Positions 32,647 to 38,189 of a stretch of DNA of 38,189 nucleotides are shown piece after piece. The DNA comes from an uncultured Eubacteriales bacterium. GTDB taxonomy: Bacteria; Bacillota; Clostridia; Oscillospirales; Acutalibacteraceae. The stretch covers positions 1 to 38,189 of the forward strand of contig CAKTTT010000001.1 of assembly GCA_934615635.1 (NCBI GenBank). The letters run 5' to 3'. How positions within the stretch are numbered: the stretch's first letter is position 1; each line of letters starts with the position of its first letter. Under the pieces are notes generated by a model. It did not search any database. It saw nothing but the letters and a program-made list of their open reading frames with translations, and was not told the origin of the DNA. The position numbers and the translations under genes are program-made.

Positions 32647-32675
32647 ATATTACACTATCCTGCTAACAAAGTAAA
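32647..32675 (-). promoter_or_regulatory. Putative promoter of the amino-acid ABC operon
   Basis: On the minus strand: TTTACT (32675-32670), 17-nt spacer, TAATAT (32652-32647). Confidence 0.35.
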
Positions 32676-32738
32676 GTGTGAAAACCGCCAAAATCCGTCT
32701 TTTTCCCCAGGGGGCAAACCGTACGGTTTAGCGATGGT

Positions 32739-33071
32739 TCATCGGTAATAGGTATAATAAGCCACCACAGTGTCCGCCTTCCCACCGTCGGGCGCGGCGC
32801 TTTCGATCACCACGCCGCCCAAGCTCAACAGCTCCCCGCAGCGGGCTCCCTCCTGAGAGCAGCGGAACACCTCCCGGCCGTCGCATATGATGACGATCTT
32901 GCCATCCTTGGTGTTGATCCGTCCCGTTTTCCCCAGGACGGTTTCCACCGGGCTCCCCGTTTCATCCAGCTCCCGCCGGGCGACATAGCGCACCCCCTTG
33001 CCGTCCAGCCGGGCGATGAGCTGGGCGTTGTCCTTATCCTCCCGGCGCTGCCGGCGGTTGAAAATCCCCAT
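32739..33071 (-). CDS. Small hypothetical protein (110 aa)
   Basis: ATG 33071 is preceded by GGGAGGGAAGC. It overlaps the 3-prime end of the upstream DUF815 gene by 38 nt. The track ORF extends to 33242 with implausible Pro/Arg-rich residues. Confidence 0.55.
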   Translation of the reverse strand: MGIFNRRQRREDKDNAQLIARLDGKGVRYVARRELDETGSPVETVLGKTGRINTKDGKIVIICDGREVFRCSQEGARCGELLSLGGVVIESAAPDGGKADTVVAYYTYYR

Positions 33072-34338
33072 GCTTCCCTCCCAATTCCTCGCCGCGGCCC
33101 AGGCGAGCCTGAACGTCGGCGATAAACTGGCGGGCGTACCGGGGGGAGCGGGCGCCCCGCTCCAGCGCCCAACGCTCGGCGGCAGCCAGCAGCCTCTGCC
33201 TGTCCGTCTGGAGTCCCCTGTCCTCGGCGATCTGCTCCACAATCTCCAGGAACCGCTGCTTGTCCGGCATCAAAAAGGTCAGGCTGATGCCGAACCGGTC
33301 GGAGAGGGAAACCGCCTCCTGTACCGTGTCCGCCCGGTGCACCTCGTCCCCCTCCCGGTCGGAGAAAGTCTCCCGCAGCAGATGGCGGCGGTTGGAGGTG
33401 GCGTAAATCATCACGTTGTCCGGCCGGGAGGCCAGCCCCCCCTCCAGCACCGCCTTCAAAGCGGCAAAGCTGTCGTCGTTTTCAGAGAAGGAGAGGTCGT
33501 CGATAAACAGGATGAACTTCATGGGCAGCCCCGCCAGATAACCGGTGAGGTCGGGAAGCTGGCGCAGATATTCCTTGGGCATCTCGATCATGCGCAGGCC
33601 CTTCTCGGCATATTCGTTGAGCAGGGCCTTGACGGTGGAGGACTTGCCCGTGCCCCGGTCGCCGTAAAGCAGCATATTATTCGCCTCAAAGCCGTTGAGA
33701 AAGGCCAGGGTGTTGTCTACGGCGATCCGCCGCTGGTATTCATAGCCCTTGAGATTGGACAGCCGGATGGGGTCGGGATGCTCCACCGGCAGCAGCGCCC
33801 CGTCCCGCCACAGGAAAGCGATGTGCCGCGCAAACCGGCCGCAGCCGTGGCGGGCATGATAGGCCGCCAGCGCTTCCGGCCGACTGTCCCAGGGGAGGTC
33901 CATGGGCGCTGCGGCGGGCTGCGTCCCCCAGGCGGGCAGCACCGCCGCCACATAGGCGTCCAGGCCCGCCGCCACATCCTCCCGGCAAAGGGTGGCCGCC
34001 CGGTAAAGCACCCCCAGATCCCGCAGCGCCGCCTGCTGCAGCAGCGGCGGAACCGGCTTCCCGGAGGACAGGGCCTCCGCATAGGGGTTGTCGTCCGCCA
34101 GCACCTCCTCCGCCATGGCGGAGGGCAGGCTGTCCAGCCGGCCGGCCGCCGCCAGCGTCCGGCATAAAGCGCCGCATCCGCCGCACACGGCGGCCTTATC
34201 CCCGGCGGCCGCCGCCTTTACCAGCGCCGCCACCGCCCCGGTCACCGGCTGCTCCGTCACCCCGCGGTAAACCGACAGGGACAATAATCCGTAATATAGC
34301 GCGTTGATCTCCTGCCTGTGTTCCTGCATGCTGTTCAT
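33034..34338 (-). CDS. DUF815-family AAA-type ATP-binding protein
   Basis: Conserved block NTLAFLNGFEANNMLLYGDRGTGKSSTVKALL ... KFILFIDDLSF ... IYATSNRRHL, typical of DUF815. Start is ambiguous (34338 preferred; 34359 and 34329 are alternatives). Confidence 0.8.
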   Translation of the reverse strand: MNSMQEHRQEINALYYGLLSLSVYRGVTEQPVTGAVAALVKAAAAGDKAAVCGGCGALCRTLAAAGRLDSLPSAMAEEVLADDNPYAEALSSGKPVPPLLQQAALRDLGVLYRAATLCREDVAAGLDAYVAAVLPAWGTQPAAAPMDLPWDSRPEALAAYHARHGCGRFARHIAFLWRDGALLPVEHPDPIRLSNLKGYEYQRRIAVDNTLAFLNGFEANNMLLYGDRGTGKSSTVKALLNEYAEKGLRMIEMPKEYLRQLPDLTGYLAGLPMKFILFIDDLSFSENDDSFAALKAVLEGGLASRPDNVMIYATSNRRHLLRETFSDREGDEVHRADTVQEAVSLSDRFGISLTFLMPDKQRFLEIVEQIAEDRGLQTDRQRLLAAAERWALERGARSPRYARQFIADVQARLGRGEELGGKHGDFQPPAAPGG

Positions 34339-34370
34339 CGGCCCCTCTTCCTGTGACATATGAAGTTATT

Positions 34371-35705
34371 TTACCTCCCCGCCGTAGGGATGTCAACCGC
34401 CTTCCCCTTCGCCTCCCGCAGCAGGATCCAGCAGGCCGCCAGCGCCGAGAGGGTTTCGGCCACGGGAACGGACAGCCATACCCCCTTGAGCCCCAGCCAG
34501 GAGGAAAACAGCAGCACCGCGGGAACCACCGTCGCAAAGCCCCGGAGCATGGAGAGCGCGAAACCCGTCCGCGGCCGTCCCGCCGCGCTGCAATAGGAGG
34601 CCACCGTCATAGTGACGCCCGCCCCGACAAAACCGGCGAAATAGAGCCGCAGCCCCTGGGAGGCCATCTCCCCCAGAAGGGGATCGCCGTCCCGGTTGAA
34701 GAGGGCCGCCAGGGAGGGCGCCCAGAGAAGCGCCGCCGCGTACAGCAGGCCGGCTGTCGCCAGGGACAACAGCAGGGCGAACCGCCCTATCCGCCGCGCC
34801 TCCTTTTTTCGGCCCCGGCCGGCTTCGGCGCTGACCAGGGGCTGCATCCCCTGGGAGAGTCCGTTCAACAGCGCCAGCGCCACCAGGGCCAGATTGGCCA
34901 CGATGCCATAGGCCGCCACGCCCCGGTTGCCCTCCAGCCGCAGCAGAATCGTATTCATCAGCACCAGCACCACGCCGGAGGAGACCTCTGTGACAAAGGC
35001 GGCGGTCCCCGGTCCGCACAGCGCGGGCAGCCGTCCCACCGGGATGTCCCGCCGGAGATGGAAGCCGTTCCGTTTTTTCATTATCCAGGCGGACAGTACC
35101 GCCAGGCTGATCACCGGCGCCAGTCCGGTGGCAAGGGCTGCGCCGAACATCCCGCCCCCCAGCGGATAGAGAAATAGGTAATCCAGCAGGATGTTGGAAA
35201 AGCTGCCCGCCAGCATTCCCGCCATGGCCAGCCGCCGTCCGCCGTCGTTGCGGGCAAAGGCCAGCAGGATATTGTTGAGCAGGAAGCAGGGGGCAAAGCA
35301 GAAAATGGTGCGCAGGTAAACGGCGGTCATCTCCAAGGTGTCGCCGTCCGCCCCCATCCAAAGCCCCATCGGCTCCGCCAGAAGGATCCCCGCCAATACG
35401 AACAGCGCCCCCGCGCCCCCGCCCAGCATCAGGGATCCGGTAAAGGCCCGGTCCGCTTCCTCCGCCGCGCCGCCCGCCTGCAGCACGGCGTAACGGGTGG
35501 CCCCGCCGATGCCGAGCATAAGCCCGACGCCGTTGAGCAGGCTGTACAGCGGGATCGCCAGGTTGAGGGCGGCCAGACCGTCCGCCCCCAGCCGGTTGGA
35601 CACAAAAAAGGTATCCGCCAGAAGATAGCAGGACAGCCCCAGCATCCCCAGGGTGTGCTGGGCCAGTACACGCAGGACGGCCGTAAAGGAGACTGCCGTT
35701 TTCAT
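34371..35705 (-). CDS. MATE-family efflux transporter
   Basis: About 12 hydrophobic segments with a MATE-like duplicated pattern (LNLAIPLYSLLNGVGLMLGIGG ... YGIVANLALVALALLNGLSQGMQPLVS). Start taken at MKTAVSF (35705). Upstream in-frame ATGs lie at 35771 and 35783. Confidence 0.8.
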   Translation of the reverse strand: MKTAVSFTAVLRVLAQHTLGMLGLSCYLLADTFFVSNRLGADGLAALNLAIPLYSLLNGVGLMLGIGGATRYAVLQAGGAAEEADRAFTGSLMLGGGAGALFVLAGILLAEPMGLWMGADGDTLEMTAVYLRTIFCFAPCFLLNNILLAFARNDGGRRLAMAGMLAGSFSNILLDYLFLYPLGGGMFGAALATGLAPVISLAVLSAWIMKKRNGFHLRRDIPVGRLPALCGPGTAAFVTEVSSGVVLVLMNTILLRLEGNRGVAAYGIVANLALVALALLNGLSQGMQPLVSAEAGRGRKKEARRIGRFALLLSLATAGLLYAAALLWAPSLAALFNRDGDPLLGEMASQGLRLYFAGFVGAGVTMTVASYCSAAGRPRTGFALSMLRGFATVVPAVLLFSSWLGLKGVWLSVPVAETLSALAACWILLREAKGKAVDIPTAGR

Positions 35706-35750
35706 GATATCCCCCGTTTCAATCGGTTTTCCGTGTGCAACTCTGGGACA

Positions 35751-35793
35751 AATAAAAAACGCCCGGGCCATCACACCTCCCATGGCCTACGGG
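35751..35793 (-). terminator. Terminator-like hairpin plus T-tract inside the MATE leader (attenuator candidate)
   Basis: On the minus strand: CCCG-TA-GGCCAT (35793-35782), loop GGGAGGTGTG, ATGGCC-CGGG (35771-35762), then CG TTTTTTATTTG. A competing 7-bp pairing is TCACACC (35798-35792) / GGTGTGA (35777-35771). Confidence 0.45.
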
Positions 35794-35861
35794 TGTGAAG
35801 CCGGACGCTGACTCCGCATTACCCGGCGGCAATGCGGCTGACGTTTATGCGGTTTTGAATA

Positions 35862-35890
35862 AAAATAACACGGGCGGGCGGCTTTGTCAA
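35862..35890 (-). promoter_or_regulatory. Promoter of the MATE gene
   Basis: On the minus strand: TTGACA (35890-35885), 17-nt spacer, TATTTT (35867-35862). Confidence 0.5.
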
Positions 35891-35940
35891 GCCCCATCGG
35901 CGGCCCTTCTTCGCCCCCGACGGGAAAAGGCGTCTCCATC

Positions 35941-35969
35941 TTGTGCGGGCGGTGGCCCTGTGATAAAAT
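35941..35969 (+). promoter_or_regulatory. Promoter of the cat gene
   Basis: TTGTGC (35941-35946), 17-nt spacer ending in TGA (extended -10 TG), TAAAAT (35964-35969). ATG at 36008. Confidence 0.5.
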
Positions 35970-36007
35970 GGCGGAAACCATTATAACCGGAAAGGAAGCG
36001 GCGCACC

Positions 36008-36637
36008 ATGCATTTCAGCCTCATCGATCGGACCGCCTGGGACAGGGAGGAATACTTTCAGCACTATTTTTCCACGGTTCCCTGCACATACAGCATGACC
36101 GTAACGCTGGACATCACCGGCATAAGGGCCGCCGGCCGGAAGCTGTACCCCGCCCTGCTGTATGCCCTGACCAAGCTGGTGAACAGGCACGATGAATTCC
36201 GCACCGCCTTCAACCGCAGCGGAGAGCTGGGGATTTATGGCGACATAATCCCCTGCTACACGGTGTTCCACAAGGATTCGGAAACCTTCTCCAATATCTG
36301 GACACCCTTTTCGGAGGATTACGCGGTTTTTTGCCGGTCGTATGAGCAGGATCTGGCGCGATACGGCCATATCCACAGCATGATGGCCAAGCCCGACATG
36401 CCCGAAAACGTCTTCTTCGTCTCCATGGTTCCCTGGGAGAGCTTCGACGGCTTCCATCTGAACCTGCAAAAGGGGTTTGAGTCTCTTCTGCCCATTTTTA
36501 CCTTCGGCCGGTTTTATCAGAAGGAGGGCCGCTGGCTGATCCCGCTGTCGGTGCAGGTGCATCACGCGGTATGCGACGGTTTTCATACCTGCCGCTTCGT
36601 TTCGGAGCTGCGGGAGCTTCTGGCCGCCGGTATCTGA
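36008..36637 (+). CDS. cat: Type A chloramphenicol O-acetyltransferase
   Basis: 209-aa ORF, collinear with classical CATs: ...W.R.E.F..Y....C.YS.T..LDIT..., TVFH..SETFS, PWESFDGF.LN, and the catalytic-His block LSVQVHHAVCDGFH. Confidence 0.9.
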   Translation: MHFSLIDRTAWDREEYFQHYFSTVPCTYSMTVTLDITGIRAAGRKLYPALLYALTKLVNRHDEFRTAFNRSGELGIYGDIIPCYTVFHKDSETFSNIWTPFSEDYAVFCRSYEQDLARYGHIHSMMAKPDMPENVFFVSMVPWESFDGFHLNLQKGFESLLPIFTFGRFYQKEGRWLIPLSVQVHHAVCDGFHTCRFVSELRELLAAGI

Positions 36638-36855
36638 CCGCCCTTTTCGCCGGCGATCCCTCAAAAGAAAAAACGTGCCCGGTCAGGCCGGCGGATAAAC
36701 ACCTGCTTTCCGCAAAGTTCCGCTCCAAAGCCTTATCGGCGGGAAACCGCAGCCGGCGGCCCCGACCCTTGCAGGCTGAACCGGCGATCCGCCTTCTCGA
36801 GTCCCGTCGCCCGTCCCCATGGCGCGATTCTTGAGAACACGCCGCCTGTTCCCCT

Positions 36856-38189
36856 TTACAGGGGAGTCTCCTCCTCCATGGCCTCCGCCTCTAGTTGGAG
36901 CTCCTCCCACAGCGCCATCTGCTCCTCCAGCCGCCGGTTCTGTTCTTCCAGCTCGGCGGTCAGCTCCAGCACCCGGGTATAGTCCGCCGCCACGGCCTCG
37001 TCCTCTAATTGCCGGTGGAGGGAAGCCACCGCTTCCTCCGCGGCGGCCACCGCCTCCTCCGTGCGCCGGATCCGGCCCTGCAGCCGCCGCCGCACAGATT
37101 CCTGCTCCTTGCGTTTTTTATAAGCGTTCTCCTTCGGCGGCGCCTGCTCCGTCTTGGTCCGCTCCGCCTCCTGGAACCGCTCCAGATATTGGTCGTAGCC
37201 CCCCTCGAAGGACTGGCAGCCCTCATTGGTCAGCCGCAGCACCCTGGTGGCCAGGCGATTGATGAAATACCGGTCGTGGGACACGATGAAGATGGTGCCG
37301 TCATATCCCGCCAGCGCCTCCTCCAGCGCCTCCCGGGAGCCGATGTCCAAATGGTTGGTGGGCTCGTCCAGCAGCAGCAGATTATCCCGGGCCAGCATCA
37401 GCCGCAGCAGCAGCAGGCGCGCCCGCTCTCCCCCGCTGAGGAGGGAAACCGGCTTGAACACGTCGTCCCCGCGGAAGAGGAAGGCCGCCAGCGCGTTGCG
37501 CAGCTCGGTGCCGGAAAGCTGGGGATAGCGGTCGCTGATCTCCCCCATCACCTCCTTGGAGGCATCCAGGTCCGATTGGATTTGATCGTAATACCCGATG
37601 CTCACCTTGGCCCCCAGCCGCACATAGCCCTTCTGGGGCCGGAGTCGGCCGCAGAGGATCTTCAGCAGGGTGGTTTTGCCGCAGCCGTTGGGCCCCAGCA
37701 GAAACACCCGCTCCCCCCGCCGCACCTGAAAGGCCACATCCTCAAACAGCGGCGGGCCGCCGAAGCCCATGGCCAGATTTTCCACCGTCAGCACCTCGTT
37801 GCCGCTGACGGCCTTGGGGGTGAAATCAAACCGGATGACGGGCGCTTCCCCCTCCGGGACCTCCACCTGCGCCTTCATCCGCTCCAGCATCTTCTCCTTG
37901 CTTTCCGCCGCGCGTATGCTCTTCTCCCGGTTGAACTGCTTGAGCTGGGCGATGCTCTCCTCCACCCGCCGGATCTCCCGGACGGCGGTTTTATAGTGCT
38001 TCTCCTCCACCTCCCGGTCCTTCTCCCGCTTTTCCTTGTGAGCGGAATAGTTCCCGTTGGTGGCGTACAGCCGGCCGTGGGCCAGCTCCAGGGTGCGGTT
38101 GGTCACCCGGTCCAGGAAATAGCGGTCGTGGGAAATGATCACCGCCGCGCCGGGATACCCCCGCAGAAACTCCTCCAGCCACTCCACCG
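36856..38189 (-). CDS. ABC-F family ATPase (two-NBD, no TM domain), 5-prime end outside the window
   Basis: Partial ORF of more than 443 aa. It covers the end of NBD1 (ISHDRYFLD), a charged interdomain linker, NBD2 (GPNGCGKTTLL, LSGGERARL, LLLDEPTNHLD, VSHDRYF) and a C-terminal coiled-coil tail. Confidence 0.85.
   Translation of the reverse strand, partial: VEWLEEFLRGYPGAAVIISHDRYFLDRVTNRTLELAHGRLYATNGNYSAHKEKREKDREVEEKHYKTAVREIRRVEESIAQLKQFNREKSIRAAESKEKMLERMKAQVEVPEGEAPVIRFDFTPKAVSGNEVLTVENLAMGFGGPPLFEDVAFQVRRGERVFLLGPNGCGKTTLLKILCGRLRPQKGYVRLGAKVSIGYYDQIQSDLDASKEVMGEISDRYPQLSGTELRNALAAFLFRGDDVFKPVSLLSGGERARLLLLRLMLARDNLLLLDEPTNHLDIGSREALEEALAGYDGTIFIVSHDRYFINRLATRVLRLTNEGCQSFEGGYDQYLERFQEAERTKTEQAPPKENAYKKRKEQESVRRRLQGRIRRTEEAVAAAEEAVASLHRQLEDEAVAADYTRVLELTAELEEQNRRLEEQMALWEELQLEAEAMEEETPL

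Noticed and set aside
33717-35361. Alternative-frame ORFs within the DUF815 and MATE genes (for example 322 aa at 34393-35361 and 389 aa at 32998-34167)
   Set aside because: They lie out of frame or antisense inside genes with clear TM and AAA motifs, and they are Gly/Arg/Pro-rich shadow frames.
36819-37262. Proline-rich 147-aa plus-strand ORF
   Set aside because: It is antisense to the C-terminal coiled-coil tail of the ABC-F gene. Its low-complexity Pro/Ala composition arises from the GAG/GCC-rich opposite strand.

Overview
This 38,189-bp window comes from a GC-rich, Gram-positive-type genome, judged from AGGAGG-type Shine-Dalgarno sites and GC-rich hairpin plus T-tract terminators. Gene content suggests a high-GC Clostridia (Oscillospiraceae-like) chromosome, but that is inference only. 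I can support 33 protein-coding genes plus one frameshifted gene. I found no rRNA, tRNA or CRISPR array. The left end holds a tyrosine integrase followed by an abrupt AT-rich islet (about 1.5-3.7 kb). The islet carries a consensus-promoter-driven three-gene operon: a MuF-tail/DUF6883-like protein plus two tandem paralogous small proteins. It also carries an XRE regulator. The rest of the window reads as follows, left to right:
- sugar genes: a TIM-barrel isomerase, a GH42-like beta-galactosidase and a ribokinase
- a YhhN membrane protein
- a MacB/FtsX-type ABC exporter with a coiled-coil insert of about 300 aa
- a lower-GC SLOG(DUF1273)/RHH gene pair
- an Mrp/ApbC ATPase
- two divergent small phosphoglycosyl transferases
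- a gene frameshifted at a C5 tract, coupled to a polytopic membrane protein
- two tandem paralogous serine-hydrolase-like proteins of about 820 aa
- a helical protein plus a coupled 46-aa micro-ORF
- a Maa/LacA-type acetyltransferase, HemW and LeuB
- a polar amino-acid ABC importer
- a DUF815 ATPase with an overlapping small gene
- a MATE efflux gene with an attenuator-like leader
- a type-A chloramphenicol acetyltransferase
- a partial ABC-F ATPase
The best candidates for something undescribed are the islet operon (possible toxin-immunity/TA/defence module), the tandem giant hydrolase paralogs, the SLOG/RHH pair and the MATE leader. All family names are from motif recognition by eye. No database search was run.
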